Shown piece by piece: positions 48,206 to 57,540 of a stretch of 64,000 nucleotides of DNA. Both the position numbers and the translations under genes were made by a program. Source of the DNA: Phycisphaerales bacterium (GTDB lineage: Bacteria > Planctomycetota > Phycisphaerae > Phycisphaerales > SM1A02); the NCBI GenBank assembly GCA_009692045.1, contig SIAA01000007.1:3202-67201 (forward strand), in the 5' to 3' direction. The notes under the pieces were generated by a model that did no database searches, was not told where the DNA came from, and saw only the letters and a list, made by a program, of their open reading frames with translations. Position 1 is the first letter of the stretch. The number at the start of each line of letters is the position of its first letter.

Positions 48206-49470
48206 CAGTCCTTGAAGCGGGCGATTACCAAGGTAGTGTTGTGCCCGCCAAACCCGAAGGAGTTGTTGAGGGCAATATCCACGCGGCGCTGCTGCGCCTG
48301 ATGGGCGACGAAGTTGAGATCGAATCCCGTATCGGGATTATCTAGGTTAATTGTCGGAGGCAACACACCCTGACACACCGCCAGTACCGTCGCCACGGTT
48401 TCCAATCCTCCAGCGGCCCCGAGCATGTGACCGGTGACACTCTTGGTGGAACTCATGGCAAGCTTGTGAGCGTGTTCCCCAAATACCGCCTTCACTGCCG
48501 CAACCTCCGCTGCATCGCCCAGCGGCGTGGAGGTGCCGTGGGCGTTGATATAGCCCACCTGATCGCAATTCACTCCGGCATCGTGCAGAGCTGCCGCCAT
48601 CGAGTGCTGAGCACCGGCCCCGATGGAATCTGGTGCGGCGATGTGAAATGCGTCGCCACTGGATCCGAATCCTACGACTTCACCGTAGATACGAGCACCG
48701 CGCCGTTTGGCGTGCTCCAACTCCTCGAGCACAACGACTCCAGCGCCTTCCGAGAGCACGAACCCATCGCGATCTTTGTCGAATGGGCGCGAGGCGCGGG
48801 TAGGATCAGAGTTGCGCGTCGAGAGTGCCTTCATGGAATTGAAGGCGGCAATGCACAGGGGGCTCACCGCAGCCTCAGTGCCACCGGCGACCATCACATC
48901 AGCATCACCGCGCTCGATGATGTGGAAGGAAGTTCCTATGGAGTGGGCTCCAGAAGCACAGGCGGTGGCAGTGCAGAGACTCGGCCCGCGCAGTTGCAGC
49001 ATGATGGAAACATTGCCCGCGCACGAGTTGGCCATCAGCTTGGGAACCGTGAAAGGGTTTACCTTGCGAGGCCCAACTTCCAGCAGTCTCTTGTAACCGT
49101 GCTCGATTGTTTCGATACCGCCAATACCCGTGCCGATCGCCACCCCGCGCCGCCAGCAATCACCATTCTTGAAGTCAATGCCGCTGTCGCGCGCCGCCTC
49201 AGCTGCCGCCGCCATTCCCAGATGGCAGTTGCGATCCATGCGCTTAACGTCGCGTGCTTCCATCACAGAAGTGGGTTCAAATCCTCGGCACTCTCCGGCA
49301 AAGGTGACGCCCCAGTCAGCACTTTGCTCAAAGGCAGTGATGTGAGCGATATGACTTCGCCCTTGCACCAAACTATCCCAAGTGGTGGGGACATCGAGCC
49401 CGGAGACCGTAACGGCACCAAGCCCGGTGACTACTACTCGACGGCGTTCAATGAGCCTCATGCCTGACAC
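48205..49470 (-). CDS. fabF: 3-oxoacyl-ACP synthase II
   Basis: RVVVTGLGAVT, active-site TACASGAHSIG, INAHGTSTPLGD, and NSFGFGGHN. Confidence 0.95.
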   Translation of the reverse strand: MSGMRLIERRRVVVTGLGAVTVSGLDVPTTWDSLVQGRSHIAHITAFEQSADWGVTFAGECRGFEPTSVMEARDVKRMDRNCHLGMAAAAEAARDSGIDFKNGDCWRRGVAIGTGIGGIETIEHGYKRLLEVGPRKVNPFTVPKLMANSCAGNVSIMLQLRGPSLCTATACASGAHSIGTSFHIIERGDADVMVAGGTEAAVSPLCIAAFNSMKALSTRNSDPTRASRPFDKDRDGFVLSEGAGVVVLEELEHAKRRGARIYGEVVGFGSSGDAFHIAAPDSIGAGAQHSMAAALHDAGVNCDQVGYINAHGTSTPLGDAAEVAAVKAVFGEHAHKLAMSSTKSVTGHMLGAAGGLETVATVLAVCQGVLPPTINLDNPDTGFDLNFVAHQAQQRRVDIALNNSFGFGGHNTTLVIARFKD

Positions 49471-49515
49471 CTGATCCGCGCGCCCAAGGCGTCTGCGGAA
49501 GATGGCTGCCTTGCG

Positions 49516-49776
49516 TCACTGGCCAGTCTTGGCGCTCGACTGGTGCTGGTTGATGTAATCAATCGCGGAGCCGACAGTTTGGATCTTCTCAGCCTGATCG
49601 TCAGGAATCTGCGTTCCGAACTGATCCTCGAATTCCATGACGAGCTCGACGATGTCGAGGCTGTCGGCGTTGAGGTCAGTGGTGAAACTCGTCTCGCGTT
49701 TGATCTCGGATTTATCGACGCTCATCTGCTCGGCGACGATGCTTATTACCTTTTCTTCGATCTCTGCTTCGGTCAC
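49516..49776 (-). CDS. acpP: Acyl carrier protein
   Basis: Phosphopantetheine site [20 protein letters not shown]. 86 aa. Confidence 0.95.
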   Translation of the reverse strand: MTEAEIEEKVISIVAEQMSVDKSEIKRETSFTTDLNADSLDIVELVMEFEDQFGTQIPDDQAEKIQTVGSAIDYINQHQSSAKTGQ

Positions 49777-49887
49777 GGGAATCTCCTTAGGCGACTGTTT
49801 CCAGACGGGCGCAGAGTATACACACCGTCGCCGTAGGGAGGGACGGCATCCGCCCAGTGGCTACAATCCGCGCCCTAAAGAGGAGGA

Positions 49888-50631
49888 ATGAGCGTGACCG
49901 AAAGCCGAGTAGCCATAGTGACGGGGGCCAGCAAAGGAATCGGGCGGGCTACGGCCTTGCGTCTAGCGCAGGATGGTCGCCATGTTGTTGTCGTCAGTCG
50001 CACACAATCAGCGCTGGACGAACTGGCAGCGGAAATCGCTGCCGCCGGTGGCAGCGCCGAAGCATGCGCTTGCGATGTTGGCGATGGGGCTGCCCTGGGG
50101 GCTCTGATCGAGGCGATCGCAGACAGACATGGTCGACTCGATGTCTTGGTCAACAATGCGGGTGTCACCAAGGATGGGCTCATACTCCGCATGTCCGATG
50201 AGGACTTCGATGATGTGCTGCGGATAAACCTGCGCAGCGCGTTCATCGCCTGTCGCACCGCTGCCCGATCAATGATGCGGGGACGCTTCGGACGAATCGT
50301 GAATATAAGTTCCACTTCGGGGCTTTCGGGAAACGCTGGTCAGGCCAACTATGCCTCGGCAAAGGCCGGTCTGGTTGGGCTCACCAAGTCGATTGCCCGA
50401 GAACTCGGAGGCAAGGGTGTGACTGCCAATGTGGTCGCCCCCGGTTTCATTGACACCGACATGACCACCAGTTTGCCTCAGGCCATTCGGGATGGAGCAC
50501 TCGCTGCCATTCCCGTGCGCCGATTTGGAACTGCCAACGATGTCGCCTCAGCCATCTCCTATGTGAGCAGCGATGCCGCAGGATTTCTCACCGGGCATGT
50601 GCTGGTAGTGGACGGCGGAATGACGATGTGA
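49888..50631 (+). CDS. fabG: 3-oxoacyl-ACP reductase
   Basis: VAIVTGASKGIGRA, NNAGV, SSTSG....GQANYASAKAG catalytic region, and PGFIDTDM. AGGAGG SD at 49881-49886. It lies on the opposite strand to the rest of the fab cluster. Confidence 0.92.
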   Translation: MSVTESRVAIVTGASKGIGRATALRLAQDGRHVVVVSRTQSALDELAAEIAAAGGSAEACACDVGDGAALGALIEAIADRHGRLDVLVNNAGVTKDGLILRMSDEDFDDVLRINLRSAFIACRTAARSMMRGRFGRIVNISSTSGLSGNAGQANYASAKAGLVGLTKSIARELGGKGVTANVVAPGFIDTDMTTSLPQAIRDGALAAIPVRRFGTANDVASAISYVSSDAAGFLTGHVLVVDGGMTM

Positions 50632-50632
50632 G

Positions 50633-51388
50633 TCAGCCGCCCGGGGATGGCCCTGGTCGATTGCGCATGGGCGCGGATCCACCACCACCACCGCCACCTT
50701 CGGGGGGCGCTGGCTCACCGGCAGAGTCGGAGGCTCCCTCGGTTCCCATCGACGTCTGGGGCAGAGCTACTGTTTCGTCGGCCTTGGCTGCCAGTGCGAG
50801 GTATCCGTCCAGCACTGCGTACCACGACTCAATCCAGTTAGAGCCGCTCAGTTTCGAGGCAATATCCGGGGGCGTCGGCTCGGCATCGAAGGTGGCCTTG
50901 TCTGCCTCCAGAATGTAGTTCCACAGACCGGGTTGCTCCAACTCTTCGGCATGCATGATCGCGAGCACGCATGGGCGCGAGTCGGATGGGCGCTGACCGC
51001 AACGAAGTTCGATGAGTTCCAGTTTGGAAGTGGCGTTGTTCCACGAGCCGTCCTCCACCAGTTCGGCGAGGACAATCTTGTCGGTGTCGCTCATCCTGGC
51101 GCCGGCATCCTTATGGTTGCCTGTGACGATGGCATGGAAGTAAGTCAGCACTGCAATGCGAGCCTCAGTGGTGTCGGGCGCGTACTTCTCTGGAAGCTGC
51201 ACTCGAGGATCGATATTCAGCTCCTTCATGAGATCGGCGATCGACTTCACAGCCGGAGGTAGTGGTGGTGGAGGTGGCGGTGGAGGTGGAGCCACAACGA
51301 CTGGTGCTGCCTCCTCTTCCTCGGCGCAGCTCACCATGAGAGTGCTGGCCGCAAGGATCAGTATCGGCAGCAGCATCGAGCGCAGCAT
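50633..51388 (-). CDS. Hypothetical lipoprotein with a poly-Pro spacer and a Gly-rich C-terminus
   Basis: Start chosen at MLRSMLLPILILAASTLMVSC (lipobox-like MVSC). Then EEEEAAPVVVAPPPPPPPPPLPP, a domain of about 170 aa with no motif I recognise, and the C-terminal PPEGGGGGGGSAP. The ORF opens at 51466 but that start would overlap fabD. Confidence 0.55.
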   Translation of the reverse strand: MLRSMLLPILILAASTLMVSCAEEEEAAPVVVAPPPPPPPPPLPPAVKSIADLMKELNIDPRVQLPEKYAPDTTEARIAVLTYFHAIVTGNHKDAGARMSDTDKIVLAELVEDGSWNNATSKLELIELRCGQRPSDSRPCVLAIMHAEELEQPGLWNYILEADKATFDAEPTPPDIASKLSGSNWIESWYAVLDGYLALAAKADETVALPQTSMGTEGASDSAGEPAPPEGGGGGGGSAPMRNRPGPSPGG

Positions 51389-51431
51389 TGCTGAGGGAGC
51401 TGGCAGGATGCCGCAGCTGAGAATCCAGGCT

Positions 51432-52490
51432 CTAGACTTTTGGTTTGATTTCAGATGGCTGGTCATTGGTAGTTACCTCGCAACTTCGGTCGATCCGCCT
51501 CATCAGACCCTTCAGAACGGCTCCGGGAGCAAGCTCAACCCATGCGGGATTGCTGCTGGAATCACTGCCTAGAGCACTGAGCATGTCAGCACAGGACTGA
51601 CTCCATCTTACGGCGCTAGTGATCTGCTGGACTAGCAGACCTTTCAATAAGTTGGAATCGTTGGGGTCGTGGGGCTTGGCCGTCACATTGCTCCAGACGC
51701 GGCATTGGAGTGGCTGAAACGCAACTGCAGCCAGTACCGCCTTCATTCCTTCAGCCGCTGCTGCCATCAGCGGGCTGTGAAAGGCACCAGCAACCGAGAG
51801 TCGGGCGGCCCGCAGTCCCATCTCGCCGGCGACGACCGCTGCCACATCACAGGCCTCAATCGAGCCCGAAACAACAACTTGCCCGGGTGCGTTGAAGTTG
51901 GCGGGTACCAGAACCCAAGGTGCCGATCCAGAAGCGCCGCGCTGCATCACGGCATCACAGAGCGCCTGCGCCTGCAAGTCATCAGCGCCGATGAGGGCCA
52001 CCATTCCGCCACCTGATTGTTCGGCCGCCTGCTGCATGAGAGCGCCGCGGGCGGCAACGATGCGGAGACCATCTGTGAATGAGTACGCGCCGGCAAGACA
52101 GAGAGCGGTGTACTCACCCAAGGAGAGTCCGCTGGCACAGCAGGAGCTAGCGTTGTCCACCGCATCGGCGCGGGCATTGGCGGCTCGATCATGATTCAGA
52201 CTGCGGCGCGATTGATCAAGTGCCCGGGCACAGGCAATGGCGCAAGTGAACAGTGCTGGCTGAGAGATGTCAGTTCTGTTGAGAATCTCCGCCGGCCCCT
52301 GAGCGCAGACTTCCGAGAGTGAACGGCCATGGGCTCCAGCCAGCGGGCCAAGCACCGCATCAGCTTCCGCGAACACAGCGCGCGCGCTACTCGATGCGTT
52401 GCACCAGCTCTGACCCATTCCCACCGCCTGTGAGCCTTGTCCCGGGCAGAGATAAACAGTTTCGATGGGCACGCGGTGGCTCTCGGTCAC
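51432..52490 (-). CDS. fabD: Malonyl-CoA:ACP transacylase
   Basis: LCPGQGSQAVGMG, active-site GLSLGEYTAL, and VSGAFHSPLM-like AGAFHSPLM. Confidence 0.92.
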   Translation of the reverse strand: MTESHRVPIETVYLCPGQGSQAVGMGQSWCNASSSARAVFAEADAVLGPLAGAHGRSLSEVCAQGPAEILNRTDISQPALFTCAIACARALDQSRRSLNHDRAANARADAVDNASSCCASGLSLGEYTALCLAGAYSFTDGLRIVAARGALMQQAAEQSGGGMVALIGADDLQAQALCDAVMQRGASGSAPWVLVPANFNAPGQVVVSGSIEACDVAAVVAGEMGLRAARLSVAGAFHSPLMAAAAEGMKAVLAAVAFQPLQCRVWSNVTAKPHDPNDSNLLKGLLVQQITSAVRWSQSCADMLSALGSDSSSNPAWVELAPGAVLKGLMRRIDRSCEVTTNDQPSEIKPKV

Positions 52491-53495
52491 TCAGGTCTGC
52501 CAGACGCTGCTCGCCCAGGTGAGCCCGCCACCAAATGCCACGAGAAGCAGGGGCTTCCCCGCGGTGATCTTGCCCTCGCGCCAGAGTTCATCAAGGCTGA
52601 TAGCTACGGATGCGGCTGAAGTGTTGCCGTACTTGTCGATGTTGATGTGCATCTTTTCCGCTGGGATCCCCAGTTTCTCGCGAGCGGCATCAATGATGCG
52701 CAGGTTTGACTGATGGCAGATGATCTGGCTGAAGTCCTCGTGCTTCAAGCCGGTCTCGCGGAAGCATTCCTCGATCACATCCCTGAACTTGTTGACGGCG
52801 AACTTGAACACCGCGTTCCCGTTCATGCGCATGCAGCCCATGCGGATGGGGTTGTCGCGATCGAACTCGGGGATGTCCTGCTGGCGCAGGGGGATGTAGA
52901 GGGTCTGCCATGCCGAGCCATCTCCGCTGCTGATTTGATGGATGCAGCCGAGGGCGGGATTGTCATCGCGCTTGAGCACAGCCGCTCCGGCGCCATCGCC
53001 GAAGAGGATGGAGAGCCGCCTGTCGGTGTAATCGACCACGCGGCTCAAGACCTCGACACCGATCACGCCGATGGCTCGGGCGCGACCCATGCGGATGATC
53101 GAGTCGGCGAGATTCATCGCGTATACGAAGCCGCTGCAAGCCGCGACGAGGTCAAAGGCGCCGGCGGGCGTGGCGCCGACAGCATCGGCGACTCGGCTTG
53201 CCGTTGCAGGGCAGGGCATCTCGCTAGAGACCGTCGCCACGATGATCATGTCCAGCTCGGAGCCCTGCATGTTGGCGCTCTTCAGCGCTTTGGCGAGGGC
53301 ATCACGGGCCAGCGTGAAAGTCCCCTCCTTTGACAGATCACAGATGCGGCGTTCCGAAATTCCTGTGCGCTGAAGAATCCACTCGTCAGATGTCTGTACC
53401 AGAGCTTCGAGGTCCTGGTTAGTAAGGCGCCGCTCGGGCAACATCGAGCCCGTTCCCGCTATTCGTACACCGCAGAGCGGGGCAGGCGCTTTCAT
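52491..53495 (-). CDS. fabH: 3-oxoacyl-ACP synthase III
   Basis: GVRIAGTGSMLPERRLTNQDLE, active-site AACSGFVYAM, CHQSNLRII, GNTSAASV, and FGGGLTW. The start is set at the ATG at 53495 (MKAPAP), 1 nt after the plsX stop. Confidence 0.92.
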   Translation of the reverse strand: MKAPAPLCGVRIAGTGSMLPERRLTNQDLEALVQTSDEWILQRTGISERRICDLSKEGTFTLARDALAKALKSANMQGSELDMIIVATVSSEMPCPATASRVADAVGATPAGAFDLVAACSGFVYAMNLADSIIRMGRARAIGVIGVEVLSRVVDYTDRRLSILFGDGAGAAVLKRDDNPALGCIHQISSGDGSAWQTLYIPLRQQDIPEFDRDNPIRMGCMRMNGNAVFKFAVNKFRDVIEECFRETGLKHEDFSQIICHQSNLRIIDAAREKLGIPAEKMHINIDKYGNTSAASVAISLDELWREGKITAGKPLLLVAFGGGLTWASSVWQT

Positions 53496-53496
53496 T

Positions 53497-54513
53497 TCAA
53501 GTTGTGGGGACGGAGGCCGTCGCCAGCCGCTGGACGATGGCATCGTTTACTCCGCTCTCAACGAACTGTCGGGAGCGAAGAATGGCGTTGGTGATAGTTC
53601 GAGCCACACTTGACCCGTGTGAGATCAGGCAGCAACCATTGACACCAAGAAGCGGAGCTCCGCCATACTCGTGATAGTCATGCTTGGCGTAAAGCTTCTT
53701 GATCACTACATCCAATCTACCAATCAGGTCGGGATCGATTTCCATTACCTCGTGCGCCAGGGCCTTGAAGATGCCCTTTGATAGACCCTCGGCAAGTTTG
53801 ATCATCACATTGCCGACTACGCCATCAGTGATCACCACATCAGCTTCGCCATCGAACACGCCGCGACCCTCGACATATCCAATGAAGTTCGGGCCCTCGG
53901 CATTGCGGAGATAGTCGCGCGCTTCGCGCATCTCTTCGGTGCCCTTCTGCTCCTCGCCACCCACATTCATGATGGCAACACGAGGATTGGCGATGCCCAT
54001 GATGTGTCGGGCATATACCTCGCCCATCACGCCGTACTGAGCCAGATGCGCCGGTTTGGGGTCAATGTTGGCACCGACATCGATGAGCAGGACGGGGCCG
54101 GCAAAGGTCGGCACGGTGACCGCGATGCCTGGTCGAATCACTCCCGGCAGTCGCCGCATGTGCAACTGGGCTGCTGCCACGCAGGCACCGGTATTTCCGG
54201 CGCTGATGACAGCGTCAAGATGATTGGCAATTTTCGGGCTGGCCATCCGCGCCATCACCACGATGGACGAGTTTTTCTTGTTGCGCACCCCGTCTACCGG
54301 GGGTTCATCCATGCCGATTACTTCGGTAGTGGGGACAACCTCTAGGCGTGAATCCTTGATTCCTCGCTCTTGCAGCGTCTCCCGGATGCAGCGCTCTTCC
54401 CCCAGAAGAACCAGAGTGTCGGTAGAAGGCAGTCGATCGAGAGCCCCGATGCAACCCTTTAGGATTTCATCGGGCGCGTTATCGCCTCCCATTACATCGA
54501 CGCCTATTCGCAT
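53497..54513 (-). CDS. plsX: Phosphate acyltransferase PlsX
   Basis: MRIGVDVMGGDNAP, AVISAGNTGA, and LLGVNGCCLISHGSS. Confidence 0.93.
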   Translation of the reverse strand: MRIGVDVMGGDNAPDEILKGCIGALDRLPSTDTLVLLGEERCIRETLQERGIKDSRLEVVPTTEVIGMDEPPVDGVRNKKNSSIVVMARMASPKIANHLDAVISAGNTGACVAAAQLHMRRLPGVIRPGIAVTVPTFAGPVLLIDVGANIDPKPAHLAQYGVMGEVYARHIMGIANPRVAIMNVGGEEQKGTEEMREARDYLRNAEGPNFIGYVEGRGVFDGEADVVITDGVVGNVMIKLAEGLSKGIFKALAHEVMEIDPDLIGRLDVVIKKLYAKHDYHEYGGAPLLGVNGCCLISHGSSVARTITNAILRSRQFVESGVNDAIVQRLATASVPTT

Positions 54514-54538
54514 CGGTTGCTCAGGGTTGCGGAAAGAG

Positions 54539-54724
54539 TTATGACTCGCCGCCTAGGGACTTCAGTTGCAGACCCGGGCGAACATAGCCGCAACTGGAGC
54601 AGGCGGTGTGAGGACGCTTGGCTGATCCGCAGTTAGGGCAGCCGAGGGTGTTGGTGGCCTTGATGGCGTGATGGGATCGACGACGGCGCTTACGACCTGG
54701 TGATGTTCTAAATGCTGGATTCAT
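54539..54724 (-). CDS. rpmF: 50S ribosomal protein L32
   Basis: [12 protein letters not shown]....[19 protein letters not shown] zinc-ribbon L32 pattern. It lies upstream of plsX, as in many bacteria. Confidence 0.9.
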   Translation of the reverse strand: MNPAFRTSPGRKRRRRSHHAIKATNTLGCPNCGSAKRPHTACSSCGYVRPGLQLKSLGGES

Positions 54725-54878
54725 GGCTTCGTCTCGGTTTAGGGGGCATTCGGCAGGATCTCCGCCGAGTCGCGCAGTCTAGCCATTGCTGGGCGCATCC
54801 GCAAGGATCAGGCTGGCGTTCGCGCTGTGCAGCGGCCATTCGGTGCGGCGGATCCCTGATATCTCGTCAGCAAAGGCA

Positions 54879-54907
54879 TTGCAAACGCTCTGCTCTCCCC
54901 GTAAACT
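54879..54907 (+). promoter_or_regulatory. Possible promoter of rpsL-rpsG
   Basis: TTGCAA (54879-54884), a 17-nt spacer, then TAAACT (54902-54907). The rpsL ATG is at 54921, which would leave a very short, SD-less leader. A similar TTGCAT-N18-TAAACT lies upstream of folC (about 35547-35576). Confidence 0.3.
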
Positions 54908-54920
54908 CACCGATTCTCCA

Positions 54921-55310
54921 ATGCCGACGATCAACCAACTTGTCCGTTCACCCCGCCGCGATCCGCCAGCCAAGAGCAAGGTCAAGGACATTGACGCTTG
55001 CCCTCAGAAGCGTGGCGTGTGCCTGCAGGTGAAGACAGTTACTCCCAAGAAGCCCAACTCAGCACTCCGCAAGGTCTGCCGCGTTCGACTTTCGAACGGG
55101 AAGGAAATCACGGCTTACATCGGCGGCGAGGGTCATAACCTTCAAGAACACTCAATCGTGCTGGTGCGCGGCGGTCGCGTGCGCGATTTGCCCGGTGTCC
55201 GCTACCACGTAGTGCGGGGTGCTCTCGACTGCCTCGGTGTAGATGGTCGCAAGAAGGGCCGATCGCTCTACGGCGTGAAGCGCAAGGCAGCGACCGCCAC
55301 AAAGAAGTAG
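54921..55310 (+). CDS. rpsL: 30S ribosomal protein S12
   Basis: [80 protein letters not shown]. Confidence 0.97.
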   Translation: MPTINQLVRSPRRDPPAKSKVKDIDACPQKRGVCLQVKTVTPKKPNSALRKVCRVRLSNGKEITAYIGGEGHNLQEHSIVLVRGGRVRDLPGVRYHVVRGALDCLGVDGRKKGRSLYGVKRKAATATKK

Positions 55311-55488
55311 GCATAGGCGCCGATCTTTGGGATTCGGTTAGAAAATCGCTGCACCTTTGTGGTGTGGCACTAGGGCGGCGTCGAAGCCGTCATCATCGAG
55401 GCAGTAACTCGCGGCATCGACCACGGATGCATAACCCGTGCCGCAGTGAACAAGGTCTCCACACGGAGCCAAGCCCAAGGAGTTTCCC

Positions 55489-55983
55489 ATGGCAGGACGA
55501 TTTACCGCTAGCGAGTCCCAACTAAAGCCCGATCCCCGTTTTCAGGATCTGCTGGTGGCGAAGTTCACCAACTGCATCATGTACGACGGCAAGCGCGCCA
55601 CCGCGCAAAAGGTTGTTTATGACGCCTTTGACATGATCCAGAATCGGCTGGAGAAGGACAAACTCGAGACGCTTCCCAAGACCGCGATTGAGGTCTTTCA
55701 CAAGGCGATCGAAAATGTTCGTCCCAGCGTCGAAGTGCGTTCCAAGCGGGTCGGAGGTGCCAACTATCAGGTGCCTATGCAACTGAACCGGCGGCGCCAG
55801 CAGTCGCTCACTTTTCGTTGGATCATCGTGGCTGCTCGCGAAGAGAAGGGTAAGCCGATGGCACTTCGCTTGGCCAAGGAGTTGTACGACGCCGCCAAGG
55901 GCGAAGGCAAGGCTGTGACGACCAAGGACAACACGCACCGCATGGCGGATGCGAACAAGGCCTTCGCGCACTTCGCTTGGTGA
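55489..55983 (+). CDS. rpsG: 30S ribosomal protein S7
   Basis: PDPRFQDLLVAKFTNCIMYDGKRATAQKVVY, VEVRSKRVGGANYQVP and AHFAW at the C-terminus. Confidence 0.96.
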   Translation: MAGRFTASESQLKPDPRFQDLLVAKFTNCIMYDGKRATAQKVVYDAFDMIQNRLEKDKLETLPKTAIEVFHKAIENVRPSVEVRSKRVGGANYQVPMQLNRRRQQSLTFRWIIVAAREEKGKPMALRLAKELYDAAKGEGKAVTTKDNTHRMADANKAFAHFAW

Positions 55984-56016
55984 TTGGTGCTTGATCTGTA
56001 CACCGGTCTGCGCGGC

Positions 56017-57516
56017 TCACATAGCGCAGGCGCAGATTTCTGTCCATGCTTCTTGCAGGTGGCGGTGCTGTACCTGCGTCTGCCCAACTGCCATTCGCAG
56101 CACGAATCGGCCGTCGACCTTGGTGTGGGTGATGAAGATGCGACCGCGCGTCTGTACGCGGGCGAGAAGCGCCTCATTGGCGGCATCGCTGCCCCGCAGG
56201 CGGAAGCAGACGAGTGATAGTGGTGCCGGCGCGGTGATCTCGAAGCGGGGATCGGCCACAACCCAACCGCGGAACTCTTGCGCGAGCGCCACATCACGTC
56301 TGATCCGGGCCCGCAGTCCCTCAGCGCCCTCATGCCGCAGCACGAACCACAGTTTGAGTGCACGAAACCTGCGCCCTAGCGGCACATGCCAATCGCGGTA
56401 GTCGATGACAGCGCCAGATTCGGTGGCGGCATTGCGCAGGTACTCGGGAAGCGTGGTGTGAGAGCGGATGAGATCGCGTCTGTCCTTCACCCAAAGGGCG
56501 GTGCAATCAAAGTTGACGCCTAGCCACTTGTGGGGATTGGTGCTGTAACTGTCGGCGTATTCCAGACCATCGTGCATGCCGCGAAACTCGGGGCAGATGG
56601 CGGCGATTCCGGCGTGCGCGGCATCGACGTGCATCCAGAGCGAGTGGCGCTGGCACACCTCGCCCACGGCACGCAGCGGATCGAAGGCATGGGTAGAGGT
56701 AGTCCCAAGAGTTGGGACAACCATGAACGGCGTGTATCCGCCACTGATGTCGGCGGCGACGGCGGCGGCTAGTGCTTGAGCATCCATGGCGCGCTGCGAG
56801 TCCACCCCTATCAGCCGCAGATTGCTCGAACCAAGCCCGCAGATACGCATGTCCTTTTCAACATGGCTGTGGGCATCGACGCTGGTGTAGGCCGTGAGCC
56901 GTTGCTCGCATGAGTGAAGCCCGTGGCGATCGCTGGCGAACGCGGTCGCGCGCTCACGAGCCGCGACCATAACGCTGAGCGTGGCGCTGGATGCCGTGTC
57001 TTGGATCACGCCGCCTCCATGTCCACCACTCGCGCTATTGAAATGCGCCGGCAGCCCCAGCAGTTCGGCGAGCCAGTCGAGCGCGAGGGTTTCGATTTCG
57101 GTGCAGGCCGGACTGGTCGACCATGACATTCCCTGCACGCCGAGTCCGGATGAGAGAAAATCACCCAGCAGCGATGCGCCGCTGGAGTTGCTGGGGAAGT
57201 AACCAAAGAAGCGGGGGTGTTGCCAGTGCAGGATGCCAGGCAGTACGACACGGTCCATATCGGCCATGATTGCATCGATGGACTCACCAGCCTCGGGCGC
57301 GTGACTTGGCAGTTGCCCGCGGATCTCCCCCGGCTTGACGCTGTGATTCACCGGGAACCGTTCGATGTCGCGCAGGTAATCGGCGATGTAATCAACAACA
57401 GAGTGCGCGTGCTGGCGAAACTCATCCGGGGTCATGGGGTGCGAGTCGGTCGGCCGGGGCGAGTCATTTGCGGCGTAACTCATGCAAGCACGATATGCCC
57501 CAACTGGCTGAGTCAT
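56017..57516 (-). CDS. Group II pyridoxal-phosphate-dependent amino-acid decarboxylase (aromatic-L-amino-acid/DDC-like)
   Basis: MTPDEFRQHAHSVVDYIADY, HWQHPRFFGYFPSNSS, GGGVIQDTASSATL, and the PLP-lysine context DSYSTNPHKWLGVNFDC. The true start may be the ATG at 57483 or 57435. Confidence 0.84.
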   Translation of the reverse strand: MTQPVGAYRACMSYAANDSPRPTDSHPMTPDEFRQHAHSVVDYIADYLRDIERFPVNHSVKPGEIRGQLPSHAPEAGESIDAIMADMDRVVLPGILHWQHPRFFGYFPSNSSGASLLGDFLSSGLGVQGMSWSTSPACTEIETLALDWLAELLGLPAHFNSASGGHGGGVIQDTASSATLSVMVAARERATAFASDRHGLHSCEQRLTAYTSVDAHSHVEKDMRICGLGSSNLRLIGVDSQRAMDAQALAAAVAADISGGYTPFMVVPTLGTTSTHAFDPLRAVGEVCQRHSLWMHVDAAHAGIAAICPEFRGMHDGLEYADSYSTNPHKWLGVNFDCTALWVKDRRDLIRSHTTLPEYLRNAATESGAVIDYRDWHVPLGRRFRALKLWFVLRHEGAEGLRARIRRDVALAQEFRGWVVADPRFEITAPAPLSLVCFRLRGSDAANEALLARVQTRGRIFITHTKVDGRFVLRMAVGQTQVQHRHLQEAWTEICACAM

Positions 57517-57540
57517 GTGGGGGTCAATGATCCTGAGGCA

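Noticed and set aside
48427-49467. 346-codon + strand ORF opposite fabF
   Set aside because: It is a shadow ORF. fabF has the ketosynthase active-site motifs on the minus strand.
52713-53333. 206-codon + strand ORF opposite fabH, and similar ORFs opposite fabD and plsX
   Set aside because: These are shadow ORFs in GC-rich coding sequence.
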